From Acanthaster planci (lineage: Eukaryota), in assembly GCF_001949145.1 (NCBI RefSeq), contig NW_019091360.1, forward strand, positions 1,919,599 through 1,983,598: a stretch of DNA of 64,000 nucleotides, given 5' to 3'. The notes below the pieces were generated by a model. That model searched no databases, was not told the origin of the DNA, and was given only the letters and a program-made list of their open reading frames with translations. Positions 24,093 through 36,971 of this stretch are shown in pieces (the stretch's first letter is position 1; each line of letters begins with the position of its first letter). The position numbers and the translations under genes are program-made.

Positions 24093-27000
24093 ACTGAATT
24101 GTAGCAAGTGTAATCAACAGTCGACGTAGAGCCTACTCCTGCACCATGCCAGTGCACAGGGACAATTCATCGTGGACGTATCACGCGAACACGCCATGTC
24201 GAAAATACCACTCCTTTTCTTCATGGTCATTCTTGTCTGCGAGGCTGCATTACTCAGCAGAACCGATCCTCGCTGCATTCCATCAGAGGTCACTTTAACA
24301 GTGCACAACATCTGATGTACATGTACATGACATGTACAAACTTGACATACACAATGTAAACAGCGGCGAGGTTTGTAACTGGGCACAACATTAGTAATGA
24401 ATTCCACAGAGACTTATTTGAACCTGTTCCCGGAAGCGACCCCCTTGGATCGCCCATGTGACTGTGTTGGCGTCATTTTTATGCAACATGGTTTTATACA
24501 GCACTATCCCTGATTGTCGTGAACTAACTGTTAAACAGGCTTCAAACTCAGGCAAATATTCAACTTTATGTGTGCCCAGCGCGGTATTTCCGGGGGGGGG
24601 GTAGTGTTGCACTTTTGCCGTCAAATCTGCTGGATCTACACCACTTCTTCAGTTGTTTAAATGTCCCATCAAAGAAAACCAGTGAGATTTGTGGAGGGAA
24701 AAACAAACAAATCTGCCTGGTAATAAAATCAAATAAACAAGGCAAAGGCAAAACAATCCTCTTCAAATCCTAAATTCTGTGTCTGATCCATGGTGCACCA
24801 GACCTTGCACCACACGAAAAAAAAAACAAACAGAAAGTCTTTACCGATCTACAGCGTTTTTTGGAACAGACTGAGTATACACTTAGGCCTATGTCCTGCT
24901 GAATTCAGATCACGTTGGCATTCGTCAGTAATTTATGTTGTGCACACTACCGCTGCGTTAGTCTGTGCATAGTACGGGAACGACTCATCCAATGCTTTGA
25001 CTAGAGTCGTTGTTTATCGTCGGCAAGAAAAGCAATCTGTGCCATTAGATTATTCACACTACAGAGTAAGGAAGGGACGATAGGCCAAAAGGAGCCTGAA
25101 GCTGTGTTGGATTTAGGTGTTTCTCTACTTAAAAAAAAACATTGTTGTCACTTGAGAGAAACTTTCCTTTTCTTTTGCTTGATGCAAAAGAAATGCAATA
25201 TGGCAACATCTTTTGCTTGATGTAAAATTTATATTGAAAATGACAACATGTAGTAGTCTTCGGCCCAAATCAGAGCTGGTTAAGCGTACAGTTTGGACAT
25301 ATTTCTACACTCGTTTCAAGTGATGCTAACCCCAAGAGCCGATCCGTGAAACGCCGCATTTGGCCCGGCACCGAAGCGCAACAACTAAACTGGCGACCCC
25401 GGGTTCAAAGCATCGGCGCGCCCCCAGTCCATTCACCAACGCCATACGGTCAGACGGCTTAGCCCGACTTAGATTTCTCGCAGACATAATTGAAAGAAAA
25501 CATGAACGTGTCATGGCTATGTTATCCCCGCGTGCCTTATGGGCAACATTTTGGCCCCGGCACTCTGGGGAAATTAAAACACATGGGCTTCACTTCTCCA
25601 TTTTTTGTGTGCCATGGTGGGTTTTACCCCATCGTCTGTAGCGAGCCGACCCAGTCATGCTATATACCCACGACGCCGTGTTTTGCCGTTGGAGCTTAAT
25701 GGGTGTTGGGGTATGAGGCAAACGTGGCAGCGCGCTCAGCTGTGGCGGAACAGGCCGTAACTGTAGGCTGTTGTAGCCGACGTGCACACGGCCCAAAGGC
25801 CAGCAGCAAGCGGGCTTAAACAACCCATAGGCTTACTTTAGTACCCAAACACTTGCCTCTGTCCTAGAGAATGCGCCACAGTAACATCCGCGCCACCATT
25901 CTCCATCCATCGGCAACGGTCACAAAACGCGTTGACCTCCACGCCAACTTCTCCTCGGCCAGAGAGCTCTCTTTTTGTTTTCGCTGCCGAGAATGTGGGG
26001 CGGGAACAGGCCATCGAAAATTCGGCAAAGAGGGGAGAAAGTTGTCGCCCCGTAAGTCACATTGTGTCACGTAGGATGTGAGCAGGGAAATGCCGCCATC
26101 CACACGCTACGGCTTACCGTAACACTGTCGAATTCGTTGCGAGTAGGTAGTAAAAGACGGCATGCAAATATCACAAGCGGAATCCATTGCTTACACCAGG
26201 GAACGAACTTAACATGTGGTAAGTCTGTATTTTTTTAATGAAAATCTACTCGATATTTTGGACATTCTGTCTGCTCGCTACAGACATTGAAGATAACAGC
26301 CCACAAGACCTAGTTCACAGAAGTTAACAAGAAGATGGTAAAAAGGCGATTACTGCCCGGTGGTGTGGTGAAGTTCGTTTACCCGAAGGTTCATTGGTCT
26401 AAGAGCTCAATTAACTGACAAGCCTGAGCGGATAAAGGAATCGTATTTCATATTTGAATTAATGACTGGAGTATTTGCGGCCGTCGAGCTTTCGGATTAG
26501 TACGCCTCCACACCATCACATCCTCAGACTACTGAGTGGATCTCGAACACCCCTGGATGAGTTATTTTTCTGATATCTTTCAAGATGTGGCCTTCAGTAT
26601 TCAAATTGATACGATAGATCAAAGTTTCACATTAAGATTCTTCATGATTTGAGTCTTGAATGGAATTTGAGTAGATTTGAAAGGACGTATTTGGAGTGAG
26701 TGTTTTTCCCCACAAAGTAACGGATGGTTGTGTCTATGTAAGGGTTTGCAGTGAGAAACGTGCAGCATACTGTCCCATGATTGTGTACGAGCAAACTGAC
26801 CAGAGGTTGGTTTGTTTTTCTCTCGACGGCGCTGTAAGGAAAACAAAAACAACTCCAGACTCGATTTGGCTGTGGGGCAAAGTGGCCGGCTTTTAAAAGA
26901 CTCAAGTCTTGAACCTTGCAAGTAGCTGCAAATCAACGCTGGAACAAAAATTGAAGCTGCTGATTTCATTATGAAACCAAAGTTGTACAGGAGAATCACA

Positions 27001-30000
27001 CATGTTTAAGCCATAACTACACATATCCCAATAAATAGCACGCTTATACTTTTTTTCATGAGAATATTTCACGACTCACGTTTCTTACATTTAATCATTT
27101 TAATATTCTCGAACCAGTGACTCTCTGTTCAACCAATATTGTTAATAAACGATAAATAATCACAATTTGGGATTCTAATGAAGGAAATTATAATGCTTTA
27201 TTAGAGTAGAAGTGTTTTTAAATTCCATTTTGGTATGGGTCTGTCATTGTGATAAGCATACACGTACACTTTGTGTTGATTCTTGTTTTTCAAGACATTC
27301 TTTTCTGAATAGAATTTAACGATGTTATCGTTTAATTTGTTTTTGGAATTCCTTTGTGCTAGTGGTTTTTAAAATAAAGTATTTTTAATTAAACATAGAA
27401 ACAAATGTTTTTACAATAGTGCATGGCATATATATGAATACGCTTTTATGCATAACAAATCATGGTTTTATACAGATCAGAAATTTGAGAGTTGGGGGAC
27501 TTAGGCAATTTCAAACTCAGGCTACAAATGACAAGTGAGGAATTACCACCCGCAGTCGGAGTGTAACTTCATTCTTGCAAAACACTCTGGCAATCCTGAA
27601 AACAGTCTCTTCCCTCTTTGCCCGGCCACATTTCATTCCGGTTTTGTTTATGTAGCAAGACGATCGGGACGCAATTTGAATTAAATTTGCATTCATCTAA
27701 GCTTCATTTGAAACAATAAAAATTCAATGAATGCCAAATGAAGCCGGGCTCGTGTTTGACGTGCGTAAGGGGGCAGCTGAGCGCGCGACACCCCGACGCC
27801 ACTACCGTTCAACGACTGCCCAACTCCCGCTGCAGCGGCGCGGCGCTACTCGCTAAGCCTTGGCACTTACGAGTGTCGGGCCAGAACATCAGTGGTTCTG
27901 GGGCACGTAGTCTTGCACTCAGGAGGGCTCTCGTTAGCGCTGCTTGGCACATCCACGGCTGGACAGACCCATGTTTTATGGATGAGCTTAAACACAGAAT
28001 GAAGCTTTTATTGGGTCCGAAAACCTATTAATTGATGATTCACCCGCTTAGTTAACTACGCTTAGAGTTTGTGTCGACCCATGTGCATCTTGAGTTTCGA
28101 CTTAAGAGTTAAAGCTTGCTACGTGGCTTTGAAAGTTGTCTGGCCATCTACCATAGGTTTCTTGGCCCATTAAGCAAAGTGGCCATTCGTGTGGACGCAA
28201 TGTTCATTCAATTCTGCCATAATTTAGAGATCTTCTCTTAGTACCGGTTTCATCTTCGCCACACAATATCAATTACTTTCGGTTCCGTTCATTCAGTGGA
28301 ACATTTCTGCAAAACGTTTTCGTGCCCCTACACCTGGACTCATTAATAAGCATTCTTTATAACGTTGAGCGGTGTATATGGACCTTTTTTTAAACTGAAA
28401 TGATTAATAACAAATTGAGGTCAAAAATATCGAGCAGTCAACCTTGGAAACTCTTGAGAAAGCAATATGGCGATTTTTATATCTTTTTTCTAGGAGATTT
28501 GGTTCAAGTTTTCCTTTTCTTTACCTGGGCCCGCAGGTGCATTCTAACATACAAAACTTCTGTTCATTCAATCATTTCAAAATGTATCATTAAGGCGTTT
28601 TTAAAATCAATGATTAAGAGTTGCCTGTTCAGTGTCTTTTGCATCCATACTGCAAGTCGAATATCTTTGGAAGAATAACTTCTCCCCACAGAGTATGAGT
28701 TCATCATTATTCTATTCTAGGTTTTGAAGTTTGAGATTTCCTCTGCTATTTTGATTGAGCAAAAAGTTAGAACCTTTGTTTTTAAACAAGAGTAAAATTG
28801 TATCACCGAAATCGAATAAATAAGGTACATTTTTGTAATAGGATGTAGTTACGTGACCGTCCGTCTAATTATCGAAATCGAATGCAGATGTGGTCCAAAT
28901 ATTTTGAATTTTCGTTGAACTGAAAAGGCTGATGTCAAATTTCTACTTGAGAAAATGAATAAGCGATCTTCGGAAGTGAAGGAACGATGTGCAAAATTGG
29001 CCGATGAAACTCGGCAAGTGTTTTTCTCATTTCATTTGTCCCCTCTTGACAAATAAGGTCAAGTAGTCCAGGGTTTCAAATTTTCCTCGTGACTACAAAA
29101 CAGCCAATTTCTTAACTTGCAAATGTTAACGAATTGCTAAAATACTTCTCAAACGTAAAAGAAGACGAGGCAGTTTTTGAATACATGAATCCGCCTGTAC
29201 GAGTTCAAAGTTTTGAGAGAGAAAGGATAATTTTTTTTTTACAAACAGGCCTGGTTAATCGGACATTTTCGGCATGCAAGGGATTTCAGAATAGGTAATT
29301 ATAGATGCATTAAACAAACTCTCTTTTGGACGCCCAAGATAATAGAAATTGTCCCATGATCTCACAACATGGTGAAAATATTAAACTAAAAAAATAATCT
29401 GTGCGAAAATAGAGTTCTGAGGTTGAAACTGTGGTGGCATTTCAGTGGGCTCATTAAGTTCACTTCCTCGACGTGGATTTTATCTAAAAACATTTCCCCC
29501 TTCTGTCTCTCTCTTCTTTGCCGTTTTCGATGACGCAGGGTTTGTTTTTCCTGGCCTAGGGTTCGACAGCTGAACCCGTATAGGCAACGAAGGTCCAATG
29601 CAACCATCAAGTTCTCAAGAAAGCAAGCAATACACGTATGTGCTTTCTCTACAGTAGGCATGTACGGGGTCGCCATACAAGGAAGACGGGCACACTACAA
29701 GGTGCTCCGTGCTATCACAGAGTCAGTTTGTTAAACAAAAATCATGGATGTAGGCCCAAACTAACAATGGCCCGTTCCAATGTTTGGTATGATTGGGGTT
29801 GTTCCTGTACGCTAAAACTCTTTGGCCGAGAAGACATTTGCTGAAACTTTACTTTCGGCGAGTATCAGCGATTAATACATACTTGACTATATACAATCAG
29901 CAGCGATTTTAATTTCAAAAGTGTCACAGTGAGACCTGAAACATTTTCTCTTTGCATTTGATTGAAAACTGAACATGATTAATATCTGTTTGTATAGTTC

Positions 30001-33000
30001 AGAGTTTATTCTAGGAAAGTTCTACTAAAACAAAAATATGGAGGCGCTGCCGTGATCAGTGCATGCACACGTCGGTCATGTTGAATGTTTTGTCTATCAT
30101 TTTCCCAGGTGATATCGGCTTACTTGAAAAGATCTGCTATTAATCAAAGTGAATGCGAAGAGAATAACCAGAAGCAGTGGCAGCGTCCGGGGAGGGATCT
30201 AGAGTGGATTTCTCAACTCGTTTTTGTCCCCTCTGGGGAAAAACGAAAACAAAAATTGCTTGAAGCCACGCATCTGTTGAATACTGTGTGTCCATGCATG
30301 GTTTTGTGTATGCTATGAATAGTTTTGTAGTAACACGCTCCTGGTATGCAGAAATTCCACTGTTTGGGCACATCCCGATGTGATGTCCTCGTCAAATTGT
30401 ACTTGTAAAATTTTAAACCTTTGCACGTGCTGTGTCATTTGCTCACTTCTCGCGTTTCTTTGTTAAATCTTATTCACTGGTCCTTTTTGAATTTTCTTCT
30501 TTGTGTTTGTTTTGCTGTCTGTTTGAAGGCTATCAGAGGCACACCGCCAGTATAGCGAAGTCTGAAACGTGGATCCCCGCTCGATGAAATTATCCAAACA
30601 CTTTCGAAGTTGCACAAGAGGCTAAAACATTGCCCTCTCCCCTGCTTTTGTGACCGTATTCAAAGCCCCCATAGATCCGCAGAGAGTCCGTCGATTACAT
30701 TTTCTGACATGTTCCCAGCATGCCGTGACATTGCCTTCCGTTAAGATGGCATTGCTATTTTCAGACAGGAGTCGGTATGTCAGAGGTCAAATGCTACCAT
30801 TGCCAACATGCTCTGCATCAGCGTCGTGTTGGCTCCTAGGTCTTCTACAAAGACGGCAAACCATGGCCGTGCTTCTGTGTGCCTCGATTATGCCGGAGCT
30901 GTCATGCATGTTATTGACAGAGAGGCCTAATGTTACCCCAGCATGCAAGTGTTCATAATCATGATTTGATGAATGTGTGCATGTGTGGTTTCTGGGACGG
31001 ATGTCGATGAGGTTTGCCCATTTCCCACGTCATCCAACCGCGCAAGCTGTTGGATGATTTGCAGGAAATTTCTGGCTTAATGAAGTGGTAAATTTTTTTT
31101 CTTTTGTTATTCCAGCCAAAACGGGTGCATTGGGCATCGCAGGGTTGCGATTGGAATGATATCTAATGTTGCACAACATCACGAAACTGCGCGAATCGCT
31201 GCTAATGACATCGTCCCCAGGTTGAATAGTGTTCGACGCAATGGTTTTGGTTACTCCTGTGAGGTCGAGGAAAGAGCTTCATACCAGCCCATTTAAACTT
31301 TTTAGACAACAGTGAAAAGTTGAAATATCCACGCCCTGCTATTCGCTAGGAATGATCCTTATTCGATGTTGGGACCACGACATTCATGTACATGTGTAAT
31401 GCACGCATATCACATGTGCACGATTAACTTCAGACATTGTAGCATTGCAATAGTGGTCCACACCGCACCGCGGGCCCAACGTGTTTTCGACCTGTCCATA
31501 TCTTTCAATCGCCTTGTGTGTTGACCTATGACTGAGATTACAGGTAAAATATACAAAATACTTCTTAAAATAATCAATGCTACAGTGGAAAAATAAAAAT
31601 TATTCTATGTATTTCGTCCAAACTTTTAAACCAGTTATTCTCCAAAATTCTCAAGCACGTTGTAGTCCAGTTCTCAGACCGAATTGTGTATCGTTGGTCA
31701 AAAAGTGAATGTTGGTCAAACAGTAGGCGTTGGTGAAGGAGCAGCCGTTTCAGTTGAAGGCTAAGAGTAGTTGTCACAGATTGTAAGGGGAAACAGATTA
31801 ATTATTGTTATATTTTGTTCAAGTCGTTTAGCAAGGCCACAAGTTGTCGGAGATGGGTTCAATTTTGCCCATCTAAACAAATTACACAAAATAAGAGAAA
31901 ATTCAAATCAACACATTGATAACTTCGCATTATGTTGCATAGGCATTGGGGCGTCCAATTATCTTTTACCTCTGATTTAAATATTTGACTTGTCCGCTAT
32001 TTAAATGCTACTACAAATGTATACAAATTATTTCAATTGAAATATTTTTAAATAAATGACATAATTAATGAGGTGGAAATCAAAATGACTCTACAAACAA
32101 AACATGAAGTAGCGATAATTTCAGCCATTGAGTGTTTGGTCTTGGTCTTCGCATCAGGTCTTCCCAATCGTTTACATCCATAAATAACCAACTGAGTTAA
32201 ATGTGAAAACGTTTACTGCATTGTTATGAACGAAATACTCTCTCATCAGTGCGACATTAATCATGGCAGATTTTCCTTTGACAGTTTTTGAATGGTAGGA
32301 GAAATGACCAGTGTAGCTGTGCCCAGAACAGTCGAACAGCTTTCAAACAGAGATTTATCCATCCGAAAAATGTTTTCTTTATTTCCCTATTGTGTGAACA
32401 GAATATAAACAGGCGAGATAAATCCCGTATCTTGTCATCTTTTACGGCACATCGACGGTGTAAATCTGACCGTAGGCCTCATTATCACAGCAACACGAGA
32501 TAATATCTGCCCCCGGGGAACAAGGGGCTTAGAGCCCCCAGAGTTTACCCGGCTTGACTCAGCCGAGCGGCGGTCCAACCGCGGGCGAACGACAAACCCC
32601 ACCAGGCCCACTCGCCTCTCCGGCCGATTGCCACTTTCCCCCTCTCCCGACGAGTCATGATAGTCCGTCAATCTGCATATTCATGATTCATTGAAGGCCA
32701 AGTAGATCAGAATTCTGAAAGTTTGAGTCGTTCCTGAACTGAACTAATTAAAATGAGCCTACATCTGTAGGCAGATATCACCTTGGATTCAAATCATAGT
32801 GTTTATCAAGATTGGAATTAAAATGAGATAGGTTTCAGAACGTGTGATAACTTAATCAGTATCGTGAATGGAGCCCCTCCATTATTGCACAGAGCAAATA
32901 CGTGTATATCCATTTTGGAATCACTCTTTAATATTCATGAAGTGTGAAGGTTTTTCTCCGTCAAAATCTCCTTTGATATGCAAATTTCTCTTTCAAAATC

Positions 33001-35871
33001 TAAAGAGACAAACAGCCTTTTCAAGTCGCCCCGCTGGAGCCACTTCGTATGCCCTCTACAGATTTTTGTTTTAAATTTCCTTGAGTTTTCATGTATTTGC
33101 CTCTACCAGCCCGGTTAACAGCCTGTGAGGCTGTGCTTTAAAAATGCTATCATGTACTCGACCCACTGCCGTCAACTCCCGAGTTATGCACGACAACTTT
33201 GACCCCAAAATCACTTGTTTCTGTTGGAAACGTTCAGTTTAGAGCTGCACGATTGTTCACATAATTTGTTGGCAAGGACGGGCCGTGCTTAATTCATATG
33301 TATTAACCCACATACATTTCGGACTTATATAAAGCAATGCAAAAAGACTCTCAGTGTTTCAAAACACTGGCGGGTGATAACACATTGCAGGATATCTTCT
33401 CTGGCCGAAATTAAAGATGATATCGTAACTCTATTGTAACTGGTGGCCTATTCCAAGCTTAAGTTAGTTTTCAGCGAAACATTTCGGATTCCCCAACGAC
33501 TACTCTCCTTCTGTCCGCGTTTCGTTCATGGCAAACAGCTCCCTGTTGGGCACGTTCTAAATCAGTGTAGGTTTTACATGTTACCCCGCTGGTGTTACCC
33601 GATCCTTTCCACTCGCCACCCGAGTTAGTTAAAATAAAAAACTGAAAGTCACGGCCCATTAGCGGCCGACAGACACAATTCAGATGACTAAAAGGTAACG
33701 TAACAAATATTTATATCCGCCATAAACCTCGCCTCTGTGCCGCATTCTCGACCAACAAAGAAATGATTCATGCTTGTGGACAAATACTTGGGAAGGTTTT
33801 CATTTCATTTTAGCATCCGCCACTTTGCTTTCATCACATTTTACGCAATACGTCTCTTCTTTTTGGTGCCTACTTAAGTCCTCTTTATATCATTTTCCAT
33901 CGTTCAGTCGTTTTATTTCACCATGACGTTTATTTGTTTTGGTTTTTTTTTTATTATTCTCTCAAGAACAGATTCACCCGAAAGTTGATCAAACTTGATA
34001 GTTTTTATTGCAAAATTTTTTCTCTAATTTCTGTAGTGATCATTTTACCAAGCTTTCATTGCAATTCGGTGTTCCCGCTGTTGTTTTGTTCCCGCTTTGA
34101 CAGAGCGGAGTTACTGGGTAGCATTTGTCTAATTCGGAAATAAACCTGGGTAATCTGGAAATACACTTGAATCTGAGCTCACTTTGACAATCTTTCGCAG
34201 GTAATAAAAACCCACTATTCAGAAATTAATCCCAATCTAATTTCCCGCGCAATCTTAAAAGCATACCAGATCCATATTACGATAATAACAAATAATGAGA
34301 AAAGTGCTACCAAAACACCTGCAGACGAATTTAAGCAATAATGTGATGTGACAATTTTTTTTTTTGCCGTCGACAACGTTTCAAAAAATATACTGGTACA
34401 TACTGTGTTTAAATGACCTAATGCGCAGAACGATTCGTCCGCTGACACGAAATACGATCTTTCACGACCAGGCACCAAATCGTGGCAGAGCAAACGGGAC
34501 ACTTCTGTCACTTCCTTTTCGATTCTCCTGAAGAAATCGGGGGAGAGTATTGGCCGCCGGTGGATTTGAGCGGCAGCCCGCAGAGCTTATCATGGGGCTT
34601 GGAGCGCAACCGGACCCGTCGCAAAGCCCTCGTAAGCGCCGGTCAAGTCGCCGCGAGTGATTGCTCATGATGACCAGTGCCGATTGACGTGGGATTACGC
34701 CGTCAAACCGCCGTTTTTGTACATCAACGGAGCCGGACCCGTCATCAGAAGAACAACTTGGCATGCAGGGAGTTCTTTCTTCCATGGAGACACGGTGCAC
34801 CGAGATTTCTCGGCCCGACGATCTCTTCGTTGTACGGGCGGGGAAGGGGCTGAAAACACGCTCTCGTCACTGTGTCCGTCCTTTTCTTTCGTGGCTGTAA
34901 ATGGCGCCAAAAGTTAATCCCCAAATCCCACAGAAAGAAAAACCACTTCAGTTATCCCTTGCGAAATTGGTTAGTGTCTTGACTCTATAAAACGGGGAGA
35001 ATTTGCGGCCACTTCATCCATCAGCGTTTTATCAGCGCTGGACCATTTTATCACAGGTCGGCAAATGGAGGAAACTGGACAATGAGTGGATTGGCGATTT
35101 AAAAAGTGGTACAATTTGTGTCAACAGCTGCCGTTTCTTTGACGAAAAGGTTTTGGAATCCTACCAAGGAATGAAGCCCTACCGATTTTTTTAGGGGGAG
35201 AGGGGCTAAAGGTCATTAAACCGTAGCATAATATCATAGCATTCTGTATCCATGACCATTTTAATGCACCAATGAGATCCACTAAAGGTTTACTTCATAA
35301 AGGTTTCAGCTTTTTCTCTTTCTAGCGTTTCTAACCAAGCCTTAAATGTCTGTTGTGGCCTGATTTAGAAATTTCTGATTGGATTTTTTTATTTTATTCA
35401 TTCTGACATAAATGTCACTGGTCGTGGAAAGGTCTTTAAGACCCATATTCAAGCCACTGCCCCGTAAAATACTAATATAAATTTACATAACAGGATAGAG
35501 AGCATAAGAAATTAACTCTGGGTAAAGTAAGTAAATTGTAACAAAACAGATAAAATGAAGTAAAATGGCGAAAAACGTAGTCATTAAAATATACGAATAA
35601 TTAAAAACCATAAGCAGCAATCCAAGTAACTAACACGAAAAAACAAGTAGATCATAAAATGAAATGAGGATTTGTCAACCCCTAATGAAGAGCAGTAGTG
35701 CGAGCAGTCAATGAATCCTCGAAACACAGGTTTGTCTTGCCCGTCATCAGACACCACATCGTGATATGCGTTTTGTCCAACCTTGGCCTCGTTCAGTCGC
35801 CTAATGAGGTTATTTAGGCACCGAAAACAAAATTATCAACGAAAATGCTGCCAAAAGCCATTACCTTTTTA

Positions 35872-35917
35872 GTCGTAGAATATTTTCACCGAGCGTCATC
35901 CGGCTTCTTCAGTCAAC
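35872..35917 (-). ncRNA. Degenerate minimal type-I hammerhead ribozyme motif (Penelope-like element / retrozyme type)
   Basis: Minus strand reads GTTGA CTGAAGA A GCCG gatgacgct CGGT GAAA ATAT TC TACGAC. It has both core boxes, a 4-bp stem II, a palindromic tetraloop closing a 1-bp stem III, a UC cleavage site and an imperfect stem I. Confidence 0.5.
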
Positions 35918-36580
35918 AAAGGACTTTATCTTTGCCATGTTAATAACATACCAAGATTCTTTTGAAATACGAATTTGCTCCACCGTCCTTGGATGATCTA
36001 CAATTATAGCAAAGATTTCCACCGAGGCTCAAAGTTCCCATGACTATCATGAATGGTTTATAGTTCTTTTGTGTTTTTCCCTTAACCATTGAACGTCGGC
36101 ATCTACTCGAAGCGTAATGAAACCTTGATAATGTCTATGCAGGCGGTTTGTAAAGGTATGAAAGAATCGATTCTCGACAATCAGAAATCAATTTGTCCAT
36201 GGTGACTTATGCACTCGAACTCGAAAACATTTATACTCGAAAACATACATATGTATAGAAACAGTTTAAAAGGTTCTTGTGAAGATATTCGAAGGTTTTT
36301 GTGAACCAATTCCGTGTCCGCATAGGAGTGCTTCGTTTATCGACAAACTTAATTGCACGTGCAATTCCACCATGCCCTGAGACATGTTGACTCGCTAAAT
36401 GGCGCCTCTTTCATGAATTTCCTGACAATTGTGTCTGCCCGTGCTCTCTTCAGTTGACATGTATGTCCGTTGCCAGTTTCGGCTTCACCTAGAAACACGC
36501 ATGCATGTTTTAGAGCAATTTCTTTGAACCACGGATCATAAAGCTTGACACTTTAGCACAAGGTCGGTTCATTAACACTG

Positions 36581-36971
36581 CATGGGCGTGAATCCCGGGG
36601 GATGGGAGGGGTATATGTCCTCTGCTTTTTGGCGTGGGATGGGCTACTCAACCCTCCCCCCCACACACACACACGGATACACCCACACGCGCACGCGCAC
36701 ACATGTCATTGTAAGATAAGAATTAAATCTGATTGTAAAGAATTTTTAGACTTTTCAACAACCAAAATGCATTCAATTCACTCAAAAAGGGAGGACAATA
36801 AAAAACGCCATATGCTGTTCTAATGCGAGATTCTGTATGAATGTAATATATTACAGATATACATCTGTATCATGAACTAGATAGTGTCATATTTTCAAAT
36901 TTCCATGGCCAGGCAAGTCATCCCCCACAATTCCCCATCTTCCCAATTTCCGGCGCAAATTGACGCCGATG
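36581..36971 (+). mobile_element. hAT-like MITE, copy 2 (same family as 8652-9014)
   Basis: Termini catgggcgtg...ttgacgccgatg. Collinear with copy 1 and contains an extra (CA)-rich tract at about 36661-36702. No TSD is recognisable. Confidence 0.75.

Noticed and set aside
24841..24862. miR-10-like sequence (minus strand cgctgtagatcggtaaa) suggesting a Hox cluster
   Set aside because: Seed and 3' end do not match and there is no hairpin. I recognised no conserved miRNA or homeobox exon anywhere in the window, by eye only.
30085..30318. Coding exon after the strong acceptor tttcccag|G at 30108
   Set aside because: The peptide is unrecognisable, with no convincing downstream donor or partner exons.
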